IMG/VR virus record: IMGVR_UViG_3300031669_000021
Coordinates: 1-64,000 of that record
Length of the DNA stretch: 64,000 nucleotides
Source of the DNA: a virus
Strand: one strand, 5' to 3'
Below, in pieces: positions 1 through 7,941 of the stretch. Position numbers and translations under genes: made by a program. Within the stretch, counting starts at the first letter, position 1; each line of letters starts with the position of its first letter. A model generated the notes under the pieces. The model was given only the letters and a program-made list of their open reading frames with translations, was not told where the DNA came from and ran no database searches.

Positions 1-64
1 TCTTAAGACTCGCGCAAGCAAGATCGCACACGAGTAATCTACGCTCGTTCTGAGCAAAATACTT

Positions 65-95
65 AAACCCTGGGTTCCCGGGGTTTTTGTTTGAG
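65..95 (+). terminator. possible rho-independent terminator
   Basis: AAACCC(65-70) / GGGTTT(81-86) stem followed by TTTTGTTTG; upstream gene lies outside window. Confidence 0.3.
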
Positions 96-108
96 TTGAA
101 GAAATCGC

Positions 109-136
109 TTGACATTTCGGTTAAAGACTGTATAAT
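109..136 (+). promoter_or_regulatory. sigma70-type early promoter, cassette copy
   Basis: TTGACA 109-114, 16-nt spacer, TG-TATAAT 129-136; conserved TTTCGG spacer and ATAGCTCTATGCAGTAAACAAACGAGAG leader. Confidence 0.6.
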
Positions 137-170
137 AGCTCTATGCAGTAAACAAACGAGAGAATTAAAA

Positions 171-782
171 GTGTCCACTCCTGATAACATCAGCAATGAA
201 GAATTAATTGATGTACTAAAGACTATTTGTGTCACAGATGGAGATGGCAACAGGCATTGGTATCTAAATAATCAATTACACAGAGTTGATGGACCAGCAA
301 TTGAATATGCAGATGGCAACAGGCATTGGAATCTGAATAGCAAACGACATCGCGTTGATGGACCAGCAATTGAACATGCAGATGGCGCAAAGGAGTGGTT
401 TCTAAATGGTCAACGACATCGCGTTGATGGACCAGCAATTGAGATGGCAGATGGCAACAAGAGTTGGTATCTAAATGGTCAACGACACAGAGTTGATGGA
501 CCAGCAATTGAGATGGCAGATGGCAGCAAATGTTGGTATCTAAATGGTCAACTACACAGGGTTGATGGACCAGCAATTGAGATGGCAGATGGCGCAAAGC
601 ATTGGTATCTAAATGGTCAACGACACAGAGTTGATGGACCAGCAATTGAAGATGCAGATGGCAGCAAATGTTGGTATCTAAATGGTCAACTACACAGGGT
701 TGATGGACCAGCAATTGAGATGGCAGATGGCACAAAAGAATGGTGGTTGAATGGCATATTACATCACAGAGGAAGAATTTAA
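171..782 (+). CDS. MORN-like repeat protein (approx 8 x 23-aa DGPAIEYADGxKxWYLNGQxHRV repeats)
   Basis: Track ORF 87-782 contains the promoter, so start moved to in-frame GTG 171 at the position where ATG sits in other cassette copies; near-perfect 69-nt periodic repeats. Confidence 0.55.
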   Translation: MSTPDNISNEELIDVLKTICVTDGDGNRHWYLNNQLHRVDGPAIEYADGNRHWNLNSKRHRVDGPAIEHADGAKEWFLNGQRHRVDGPAIEMADGNKSWYLNGQRHRVDGPAIEMADGSKCWYLNGQLHRVDGPAIEMADGAKHWYLNGQRHRVDGPAIEDADGSKCWYLNGQLHRVDGPAIEMADGTKEWWLNGILHHRGRI

Positions 783-818
783 CAATAAGTCATTGATTCC
801 ATAGAGAAGAGATTCTTC

Positions 819-846
819 TTGACATTTCGGATAAAGAATGTATAAT
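819..846 (+). promoter_or_regulatory. sigma70-type early promoter, cassette copy
   Basis: TTGACATTTCGG..TG-TATAATAGCG, 16-nt spacer. Confidence 0.6.
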
Positions 847-878
847 AGCGTCATAAAGTTAATAAAGAGACACAGTAA

Positions 879-1076
879 ATGTCAACACAAACAAACAAAA
901 TGCTCGAAGAATATTCCGAGCTGCATAACGGCAGCATGACAGTTGGCGAAAGGTTCACCAACGAGGGTCAGGCAAAACTTGACAGAGAAGTTGAGCTTCT
1001 CGAAAGTCTTGCTGCAAAATACGAAATGTCGGGATTTGATTTCGTTGCAAAATTTGAAAGAGGAGAAATAAAATGA
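879..1076 (+). CDS. hypothetical protein 65 aa
   Basis: ORF placed right after cassette leader; stop overlaps next start (ATGA). Confidence 0.5.
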   Translation: MSTQTNKMLEEYSELHNGSMTVGERFTNEGQAKLDREVELLESLAAKYEMSGFDFVAKFERGEIK

Positions 1077-1201
1077 TCAACTTTATTCTTGGTGCCATTC
1101 TCGGTTTTGTGATTGCAACCGTGGGTTTTGGCAACATCACACACTCACTTGACAGTCAAGTAGCAAGCGCACAGCATTATCTCAAAGCCAACATCAAGTA
1201 A
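1073..1201 (+). CDS. small hydrophobic protein 42 aa (MINFILGAILGFVIATVGF..)
   Basis: ATG 1073 overlapping previous TGA; one TM segment; below the 60-aa track cutoff. Confidence 0.35.
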   Translation: MINFILGAILGFVIATVGFGNITHSLDSQVASAQHYLKANIK

Positions 1202-1240
1202 GTCATTGATTTCACTGTGACGAAATAGTTGAGAAAGTTC

Positions 1241-1268
1241 TTGACTTTTCGGTTAAAAAGCGTATAAT
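1241..1268 (+). promoter_or_regulatory. sigma70-type early promoter, cassette copy
   Basis: TTGACT 1241-1246, 16 nt, TATAAT 1263-1268; same TTTCGGTTAAA..GCGTATAATAGCT context. Confidence 0.6.
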
Positions 1269-1303
1269 AGCTTCATACAGTTAATAAACGGAGAGCAAAA
1301 CAA

Positions 1304-1717
1304 ATGGCAACGATCACAAAATCCAATATCGCGCAACATCGTAAGGAAATTGAATCCACTCTGAAAGCACTTTCTGCCAAAACTGGCATCGACTTCAACA
1401 TCGGGCGCATCACATACAATGCTGACTCGTTGCGTTGCAAACTCGAAGGAACAGTTCGCGGCGCCGCAGGAACTTCCAAGACCACCGTCGCTGATCCGCA
1501 TCTCGTCTCACTGCTGAAAAATGCCAGCTGGGCATTGCCCGCTGGATTCGATCAGACCAAGTCTTACAGCTCGCAGCAACTGGGAACAGTCAAAATCGTT
1601 GGCTACAACAGCCGCGCCCGTTCTTACCCGTTCATCGTTCAAGCCAAAAATGGCAAAAAATACAAAGTTGCAAGTTTCGGCGCCCGCATGATGGTCGAAG
1701 CCGGCGCAGTCGCATAA
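1304..1717 (+). CDS. hypothetical protein 137 aa
   Basis: ORF after cassette leader (..ACGGAGAGCAAAACAA ATG). Confidence 0.55.
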   Translation: MATITKSNIAQHRKEIESTLKALSAKTGIDFNIGRITYNADSLRCKLEGTVRGAAGTSKTTVADPHLVSLLKNASWALPAGFDQTKSYSSQQLGTVKIVGYNSRARSYPFIVQAKNGKKYKVASFGARMMVEAGAVA

Positions 1718-1872
1718 TGGATATAAAAGTTTACTTGGCGCTCGTGCAAAAAGCAATCGCCGACAGAACATTTGACTGGCCTGACGGCACTGTCCAGCAA
1801 ATTGATGACGAAAAGATGGAATTTTTGCTTACACTTGAAGCAGAACTGCTAAAAAAATTATCGGAGAAATGA
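1717..1872 (+). CDS. hypothetical protein 51 aa
   Basis: TAATG overlap with previous gene; TGA 1870-1872 abuts next ATG 1874. Confidence 0.35.
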   Translation: MDIKVYLALVQKAIADRTFDWPDGTVQQIDDEKMEFLLTLEAELLKKLSEK

Positions 1873-1873
1873 A

Positions 1874-2191
1874 ATGTATTCAATGTTAGAGAAACTTGCA
1901 GACATGACGGACAAGATGGCCAACACCGACTTCTCCGCGGCGCCAAACATGAAATGTGCCCAAGCACTGATTGACACACTTGTTGACCAAGAAGGTTTTG
2001 GTCCAGCACTTGCGCGAAAAATCGTTCTCCGTATGAAAATTGACGTATCTGACTTCGACTTGTCAAATGCTCACTGGCAAAGAATCGTCAGCAATTATGC
2101 CACCATAATCAACAAGTTATACACAATTTCTGAAGACAATGACACGATGCTTGCGATTGCATCTACGCTGACACTGAGTTACGAGGAATAA
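1874..2191 (+). CDS. hypothetical protein 105 aa
   Basis: track ORF, tightly packed. Confidence 0.5.
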   Translation: MYSMLEKLADMTDKMANTDFSAAPNMKCAQALIDTLVDQEGFGPALARKIVLRMKIDVSDFDLSNAHWQRIVSNYATIINKLYTISEDNDTMLAIASTLTLSYEE

Positions 2192-2192
2192 G

Positions 2193-2324
2193 ATGAAAGA
2201 AGATAAAGAAGAATCAAAGATGAATTTTTGGGGATGGGCGCATCTACATCCGGTCGCACTTGTCGTAATCGTATATCTCGTTGGAATGACAGTCGCCAGC
2301 GTAATCAGGAGTCTCACTCACTAA
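2193..2324 (+). CDS. small membrane protein 43 aa
   Basis: ATG 2193; C-terminal TM HLHPVALVVIVYLVGMTVASVI. Confidence 0.35.
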   Translation: MKEDKEESKMNFWGWAHLHPVALVVIVYLVGMTVASVIRSLTH

Positions 2325-2325
2325 C

Positions 2326-2481
2326 ATGACATTTTTTCTTGGCTTCGGCATTTTCTTAATCGCATTCAATCTTGTTATGATTTATCTCGATTATCGTCGA
2401 GGTTCATCGACGACCTGGTGGGGATATATCAGTTTATGGTGCGGCATCTTCCTTGTTGTGTCAGAACTCTTCTTCAAATAA
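2326..2481 (+). CDS. small membrane protein 51 aa
   Basis: ATG 2326; two hydrophobic segments (FFLGFGIFLIAFNLVMIYL, YISLWCGIFLVV). Confidence 0.35.
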   Translation: MTFFLGFGIFLIAFNLVMIYLDYRRGSSTTWWGYISLWCGIFLVVSELFFK

Positions 2482-2662
2482 AGGAATAAATCATGCACAT
2501 GTTTTTGCCGGACTTGGCGGAGCGTTAGTTGGTAGCGGCATCACACTGCTAATTCTGGAGCGTATATTCGCACCTAAAACACAATTCACTCTATTTCCGA
2601 TGCCACAATTTGTCATGATATTTGCCGGCATATTCTTCATATTTTTAAGTTACAATGTCTAA
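2453..2662 (+). CDS. small membrane protein 69 aa
   Basis: track ORF; hydrophobic; overlaps previous small ORF by 29 nt. Confidence 0.35.
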   Translation: MLCQNSSSNKGINHAHVFAGLGGALVGSGITLLILERIFAPKTQFTLFPMPQFVMIFAGIFFIFLSYNV

Positions 2663-2834
2663 TGGCGAAATAACGCCAGAGGAACTTATTGAAGTCCTGA
2701 AAAATGGTCGCTGTAGGTGCGGCGCTGTTGGGAGAGAACTGCACGACTGCCCTTTCCAAGTAGATAACTTTGCCTTCCCAGAGCCCTGCAACTGCTGTGA
2801 AAAGTGCCAAAAACACTGTTGGAACGAGGCGTAA
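2655..2834 (+). CDS. Cys-rich small protein 59 aa (CRCG..HDCP..CNCCEKCQKHC)
   Basis: ATG 2655 to TAA 2832-2834; 9 Cys in 59 aa; missed by track. Confidence 0.4.
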   Translation: MSNGEITPEELIEVLKNGRCRCGAVGRELHDCPFQVDNFAFPEPCNCCEKCQKHCWNEA

Positions 2835-2847
2835 GAGCAGATTTCAC

Positions 2848-2875
2848 TTGACATTTCGGCAAAAGAGCGTATAAT
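2848..2875 (+). promoter_or_regulatory. sigma70-type early promoter, cassette copy
   Basis: TTGACA 2848-2853, 16 nt, TATAAT 2870-2875; leader ATAGCTCTATACAGTAAACAAACGGAAC. Confidence 0.6.
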
Positions 2876-2906
2876 AGCTCTATACAGTAAACAAACGGAA
2901 CAAAGA

Positions 2907-3308
2907 ATGTCAATTCAATTTTCCCATCCAAAAGTAGGCAGCAAAGTTAAAGTCACATACAAAGTGAATGATATCTACTTGTATGCCAAAAGCCCAATCG
3001 CACACGAGTGGGTAGAGGGAACTGTTCTCCCAAATCAAAAATTTACTAACCCAAATGCGTTTGTTCTTCGCGTAAATTGCCAATATGCGCCAATTCGAGA
3101 ATTCAACTTGGATGGACTCGTTGATCTTGAGTATCTGGACGGCAGCGTCGCAGCAAAAAACGAAGTCGACAATGAAGTAAAGGTTCTTGAAGTAACTGGC
3201 AGCAAAGGTGAAAAATATACAGTGGTCAAGCAAGGTGCAAAGGCAACATGCACTTGCGTCGGATTTCAGTTTCGCAGAACCTGCAAGCATCTGGAGATGG
3301 TAAAATGA
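2907..3308 (+). CDS. SWIM zinc-finger protein 133 aa
   Basis: C-terminal CTCVGFQFRRTCKH fits the CxCxnCxH SWIM pattern. Confidence 0.5.
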   Translation: MSIQFSHPKVGSKVKVTYKVNDIYLYAKSPIAHEWVEGTVLPNQKFTNPNAFVLRVNCQYAPIREFNLDGLVDLEYLDGSVAAKNEVDNEVKVLEVTGSKGEKYTVVKQGAKATCTCVGFQFRRTCKHLEMVK

Positions 3309-3546
3309 ACGAGAAAATCGCCGCACGATGTGCTCGGCAATCAATTAAAGAACTCTTTGGAGTAAAATAGTGCGCGGCAAAAGAGCAAGTTATAATTGTC
3401 TGTATTGCCACAAGTTATTCTCGGCGCGTATCGCAGATCGCGCGGGGATGGGCACAATTCTGTAACAAACGATGCAAGGCAAAAAAACAAGAACGAGATA
3501 GGAAGTTGATTACAATTTTAAAATCAAACTACACAGGAATAAGATT

Positions 3547-3711
3547 ATGAGCAAAGAATATGACATCACCGTAAAAATTCGAATCACTGTCGATGATGAG
3601 AACTCGTTCGAAGAGGCACAGGCAGTTGCCAATCATTACGCAAGTATGTCGCAGAGTTATAAAAGCGTCAGCGCCGACAAAATTATCCGGGTTGATGTGG
3701 AGGAAGTTTGA
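3547..3711 (+). CDS. hypothetical acidic protein 54 aa
   Basis: ATG 3547, TGA 3709-3711 overlapping next ATG 3711. Confidence 0.35.
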   Translation: MSKEYDITVKIRITVDDENSFEEAQAVANHYASMSQSYKSVSADKIIRVDVEEV

Positions 3712-4007
3712 TGAACAAAAGACTTGCAGATCTTGAGGCAGCGGCGTATGTTGAAGAAATTCAATATGAAGAAGTTTCCTCTCAGCCGCCGCGCGAATAC
3801 CAAGCAAAAGTTTTTAGTCGAGAAAAATTTGCAGAATTGATCGTGAGAGAAACTCTTGATTTGCTACAGAAAGAGTGGTATAGTCTGAACAATGCGCCAA
3901 AATTTGAAGACGGCGAGAGTCCTCGTGATGTTGGGATTCGTGTTGGTAGGAAAAGCGAGATCATTTCTCTTATAGCAGAAATAAACAAACACTTTGGAGT
4001 AGAGTAA
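3711..4007 (+). CDS. hypothetical protein, member of FAELIV(R/Q)E paralog trio
   Basis: EKFAELIVRETLDLLQKEWY resembles KFAELIVQECMNVYE of 4457-4765. Confidence 0.5.
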   Translation: MNKRLADLEAAAYVEEIQYEEVSSQPPREYQAKVFSREKFAELIVRETLDLLQKEWYSLNNAPKFEDGESPRDVGIRVGRKSEIISLIAEINKHFGVE

Positions 4008-4268
4008 GTGATCAGAACATTTAAGACCGGGACGAGTAGAGAAACCACAGGCGAGAAGAGAGTGACGGCCTACTTCGTTACCGACGCACACAATTCAGAC
4101 GAAATTAAGCATCGGCCCGAAGCAGTAACATTCCCCGTGAGTCAAGTGTATGACCAGGATATGCAATTTCGACGAGCAGACGATTACTGCAACTATCTCA
4201 ACAAATTGGCAGAGGCGGCACAAGAAGCATACGAACAAAACCAACTAATCAATGTATTGAAGGCATAA
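4008..4268 (+). CDS. hypothetical protein 86 aa (GTG start)
   Basis: track ORF; GTG directly after previous TAA. Confidence 0.4.
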   Translation: MIRTFKTGTSRETTGEKRVTAYFVTDAHNSDEIKHRPEAVTFPVSQVYDQDMQFRRADDYCNYLNKLAEAAQEAYEQNQLINVLKA

Positions 4269-4269
4269 A

Positions 4270-4455
4270 ATGAACAAGAAAATAAAAAAGATCGCAAAGA
4301 AATGTAATTTTACTGAGCAAGACATTGAAGACATGTCTCCTGGATTTGAGATGTTTGCAAAGATGATTGTTCTTGAATGCGCTAAAGTCGCCGATAAAAA
4401 GATGTATCCGGAACGGGTCGGGGATGAAATCAAAGAACATTTTGGATTAAAATAA
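4270..4455 (+). CDS. hypothetical protein, paralog trio member
   Basis: MNKKIKKIAKKCNF..MIVLECAKV; same N-terminus as next gene. Confidence 0.5.
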   Translation: MNKKIKKIAKKCNFTEQDIEDMSPGFEMFAKMIVLECAKVADKKMYPERVGDEIKEHFGLK

Positions 4456-4456
4456 A

Positions 4457-4765
4457 ATGAACAAGAAAATAAAAGAACTTCTTAAAGAAGCAAAAGCAGA
4501 ATCGTTTTATGCTTTTGCTGACGAACAACTGACACAGAGCATGGAACCAAAAGGTGCATTAGTAGTTGCCGAAAAGGATGGCCCAGGAAAAGGTCCTCAA
4601 CCTAACGGGCATTGCACTGAACTACAAAAAATTGATCTGAGGAAATTCGCAGAACTAATTGTGCAAGAATGTATGAACGTTTATGAAGCAATTGATAATG
4701 GTAATGCAGTAGAGGGAAGCAAGGATTTCCCCATTGCATTACATAGACGATTCATGGAGAAATAA
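4457..4765 (+). CDS. hypothetical protein, paralog trio member
   Basis: MNKKIKELLKEAK.. and FAELIVQECMNVYEAID shared with neighbours. Confidence 0.5.
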   Translation: MNKKIKELLKEAKAESFYAFADEQLTQSMEPKGALVVAEKDGPGKGPQPNGHCTELQKIDLRKFAELIVQECMNVYEAIDNGNAVEGSKDFPIALHRRFMEK

Positions 4766-4766
4766 T

Positions 4767-4991
4767 ATGAAACTGTATTACGACGCAGACAACGGCGGAC
4801 GAGAGGACTGGAGCGTATTCTATTGCACACCTGAAATTTTCTTAGATCCGAAGATCCGAGCAGAAAGAAAGAAGTTTGTGAAGTCAAAATGTCCAGAACT
4901 CAAGTTTCATGAAGTAGACATTAAAACTTCGGATACACACGATTTCGCAGTTGAATATTGCGAAATCGACGAGGAAAACGACGATGCTTAA
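4767..4991 (+). CDS. hypothetical protein 74 aa
   Basis: ATG 4767 two nt after previous TAA; track ORF started earlier at a non-ATG. Confidence 0.45.
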   Translation: MKLYYDADNGGREDWSVFYCTPEIFLDPKIRAERKKFVKSKCPELKFHEVDIKTSDTHDFAVEYCEIDEENDDA

Positions 4992-5352
4992 ATTTTTGCA
5001 GTTTATACAATGGTGTGGTAGGAAAATTTATGGAGGCTTAGTATCAGCGATTCTTAGCATCCCGAAAGGGATAGCCACTGTATTTCATGTGCTTAAACAC
5101 GAAGTAAGACACGCAACATTCCTGTTCAGTTTACTCTGGGCAATGTTTACCGCGTTTCTTTTGCTCGTGTCACTGGGAATTTCTGCCAGCATCGCACTTT
5201 GGTTCTCAATTAAGCATACGCCGTTCGTGACAATTACTGAGGTAGTGATTAGCATAAGCATCGTTTTATATGCAACACTGGTTGTCGGTATGATCTACGA
5301 TATGTTTGAAGAAGAGCAAGAACAGCTAATGGATATTTTGAAGAAAAAATAA
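4984..5352 (+). CDS. membrane protein approx 122 aa
   Basis: ATG 4984 overlapping previous stop; two to three TM segments. Confidence 0.45.
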   Translation: MLKFLQFIQWCGRKIYGGLVSAILSIPKGIATVFHVLKHEVRHATFLFSLLWAMFTAFLLLVSLGISASIALWFSIKHTPFVTITEVVISISIVLYATLVVGMIYDMFEEEQEQLMDILKKK

Positions 5353-5353
5353 T

Positions 5354-5650
5354 ATGTATTTCTATATCTTTAGTCGACCTGAAAAGATTGTGTTTCTGCC
5401 AAAGGCGCCAAGCATTGGCGCGCAGATAACGCAGGTTGCAACAGCAATTATCTCGTATCACCCAAAAGGCGAGCAGTTCAGGATAATAAAGAATCGTTAC
5501 GGAACGCCCATCAACGAAATAGCAGAAAAATACCTCGGAATACGCTTGTTTAATGACGGATTCTTCATTTCTGACCAAGAAAAGATGCTTTTTATCTTGA
5601 AATACAGTGGCTTACAACACGAGAAAGATCTTGACATCCCTATCATATGA
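5354..5650 (+). CDS. hypothetical protein 98 aa
   Basis: track ORF; its 3' end carries the next promoter. Confidence 0.45.
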   Translation: MYFYIFSRPEKIVFLPKAPSIGAQITQVATAIISYHPKGEQFRIIKNRYGTPINEIAEKYLGIRLFNDGFFISDQEKMLFILKYSGLQHEKDLDIPII

Positions 5651-5659
5651 GCGTATAAT
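5631..5659 (+). promoter_or_regulatory. sigma70-type early promoter
   Basis: TTGACA 5631-5636, 17 nt, TATAAT 5654-5659. Confidence 0.55.
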
Positions 5660-5688
5660 GCTTGTATTAACTTAAAGAAAGCAAACAA

Positions 5689-6939
5689 ATGTCCGTATTA
5701 TCTATCCTGAATGAAATCGCCGCAAACTCAAGCACAAAAGCAAAAGAAGCAATCATCTTGCGCGAAAAAGACAATGCTGATTTACGCGCCACATTCGCCG
5801 CGGCGTATGACCCCACAATTTCGTATTACATCCGCAAGATTCCAGAGCCAATAAATCCGGGAATCAAAACAACTCTGGACAAAGCAATTTTAATGTTATC
5901 GGGTCTGTCTTCAAGAAAGCATACAGGCGCCGACGGAATTACATTTTTGGCTACGACACTTGGTGCAGTAAGCAAAGATGATGCAACAGTTATCGAGAGA
6001 ATCATTGACCGCGATTTGCGATGTGGCTGTTCTGATTCAATTGCGAGCAGAGTGTGGCCAGGTTTGGTCCCAACATTTGATGTGATGCTCAGCCACAAAG
6101 ATATTTCCGGCATCAAATTCCCCGCTTACGCACAAATCAAATCAGATGGTGCTCGTTGTCATATGATGTTGCGTGATGGTGTTGCAATGGCTTTTTCTCG
6201 CAACGGAAAACCAATTGAATTGCACAGCACATTCGATGAATTACTGTCAAACATAATCAATGAAGGCGAAACACTGGACGGCGAATTGCTTGCAGTTGGC
6301 AAAGATGGCAAAATTCTCGATCGTCAAACAGGAAACGGCATAGTCAATAAAGCAGTAAAAGGCACAATCAGCAAAGAAGAAGCCGAAATGCTCGTGTTTG
6401 CAACTTGGGACATAGTTGATTTCTCTTCGACAATCCCCTACAGTAAGCGGATTGAGCGTTTGACAAAAGCGGTGCCTGCTGGCCATAAAATTCATGTGTT
6501 GCAAACTCATATAGTCAATAATAAAGATGAAGCACAAGTATTTTTTGAGCAGTGTCTGTCAGATGGGCAAGAAGGAGCGATGATCAAGAATATGAATGCA
6601 GTATGGGTTCCGAAACGCACCAAAGATCTCGGCAAAATGAAAGCAGAAGAAGTTGCAGATTTAGTTATTGTCGGAATCGAAGAAGGTGCTGGCAAATATA
6701 CTGGAATGGTTGGTGCGTATGTTTGTGAGACTTCTGATGGCAAGTTGCGTGTCAATGTTGGCTCTGGTTTTTCTGATGATGAACGAGCAAACGAATTGCC
6801 ACTTGGCACAGTTATCGAAGTGATGTATAATCAAAAAATCCAAGATAAGAATGGTGGCAAAGCATCATTGTTCTTGCCACGGTTCTTGAGTGTGCGCTTT
6901 GATAAAGATATTGCAAATACATTTGAGGAATTAAAATAA
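5689..6939 (+). CDS. ATP-dependent DNA ligase (T4 gp30-like)
   Basis: Motif I IKSDGARC (KxDGxR), EGAMIK motif, 416 aa; nucleotidyltransferase superfamily. Confidence 0.8.
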   Translation: MSVLSILNEIAANSSTKAKEAIILREKDNADLRATFAAAYDPTISYYIRKIPEPINPGIKTTLDKAILMLSGLSSRKHTGADGITFLATTLGAVSKDDATVIERIIDRDLRCGCSDSIASRVWPGLVPTFDVMLSHKDISGIKFPAYAQIKSDGARCHMMLRDGVAMAFSRNGKPIELHSTFDELLSNIINEGETLDGELLAVGKDGKILDRQTGNGIVNKAVKGTISKEEAEMLVFATWDIVDFSSTIPYSKRIERLTKAVPAGHKIHVLQTHIVNNKDEAQVFFEQCLSDGQEGAMIKNMNAVWVPKRTKDLGKMKAEEVADLVIVGIEEGAGKYTGMVGAYVCETSDGKLRVNVGSGFSDDERANELPLGTVIEVMYNQKIQDKNGGKASLFLPRFLSVRFDKDIANTFEELK

Positions 6940-7661
6940 TCAAAGAATTTAGACCAACTTATCTTTATATCAAACGGCATTCAATTACTGGGCTATTATA
7001 TTTTGGTAAGACTATAAGAAAAAATCCTGAGAGATATTGTGGTTCTGGGAACCATTGGAAGAAACATATAAAGAAACACGGAAAAGAATACGTAGAAACT
7101 CTTTGGTATTGTTTGTTTTATGACAAAGAAGAATGCACAGGATTTGCTCTTGCTTTTTCAGAACAACAAGATATCGTTGAATCAGAATTATGGGCAAATC
7201 AGATAACTGAGAATGGACTTGATGAACGAACAGGAACAAAACACTCATTGAAAAATCGACAACGATTTTCTGAACAGAGATTAGAATACTATAAACACAA
7301 TGATCATCCCAGAGGCATGTTAGATAAACAACATTCTACTAAAACCAAGAAACATTATTCGGAGACACGAAAAGGCTCAAATAATGGAATGTTCAATAAA
7401 AATCATTCCGATGAAACTAAACAACATTGGTCGGAGATTCGAAAAGGCAAAAATTGCGGCGAGAATAATCCAAATTACGGAAATCACGTTTCCGAAGAAC
7501 TAAAGTTAGCATCCTCTGCCAGAAATAAAAATATGGTCTCGGCTTTTGATAAGATCGAAAAGAAAAATGCTCAAATATCAAAAGAAGAATTTGAGGGAAA
7601 TAAGAAAATTAGATATGTCGGTATCGCATCAAAAGAAGCAAAGCAATTAAGAATAACATAA
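6939..7661 (+). CDS. GIY-YIG homing endonuclease (Seg-like) with NUMOD3 repeats; no canonical start codon
   Basis: Frame open from 6927: TYLYIKRHSITGLYYFGKT..R..H..HG..E..N GIY-YIG core, then 4 x HSxETKxxxS NUMOD3-like motifs; no ATG/GTG/TTG before the GIY motif. Confidence 0.6.
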   Translation: MKEFRPTYLYIKRHSITGLLYFGKTIRKNPERYCGSGNHWKKHIKKHGKEYVETLWYCLFYDKEECTGFALAFSEQQDIVESELWANQITENGLDERTGTKHSLKNRQRFSEQRLEYYKHNDHPRGMLDKQHSTKTKKHYSETRKGSNNGMFNKNHSDETKQHWSEIRKGKNCGENNPNYGNHVSEELKLASSARNKNMVSAFDKIEKKNAQISKEEFEGNKKIRYVGIASKEAKQLRIT

Positions 7662-7670
7662 GGATATAAT

Positions 7671-7940
7671 ATGACCACACCACAAGATACATTTGATGCA
7701 TTGGCAAGTCAGCTAACAGAAAAAGAAGTAATTGAGTTGCTCGTTGATAACGCAACAATGCTCTTAAATTACGATGACGCAAACCCCGACGTAGGAATGG
7801 GATTATTCATTTTCCAGGCAGTTGATAGGGCAGCCGACGACATTCGTGAAGAGGCTCTTCGATGGCGCAGAACTGTTTATATATCTGACTCAGCAAAAGC
7901 AGAGGCAGAAAAAATAATTGGGAAGAACCGCAGGAGATAA
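7671..7940 (+). CDS. hypothetical protein 89 aa
   Basis: track ORF. Confidence 0.45.
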   Translation: MTTPQDTFDALASQLTEKEVIELLVDNATMLLNYDDANPDVGMGLFIFQAVDRAADDIREEALRWRRTVYISDSAKAEAEKIIGKNRRR

Positions 7941-7941
7941 T

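Noticed and set aside
232-735. 167-aa minus-strand ORF inside MORN-repeat gene (and the analogous 47048-47530)
   Set aside because: Mirror ORF created by the near-perfect 69-nt repeats; its translation (LLVHQ.CVVDHLDTN repeats) is just the antisense image, and promoter cassettes support the + strand genes.
5826-6843. Several 90-100-aa minus-strand ORFs inside the DNA ligase gene
   Set aside because: Overlap a gene with clear catalytic motifs on the + strand; no SD or promoter.
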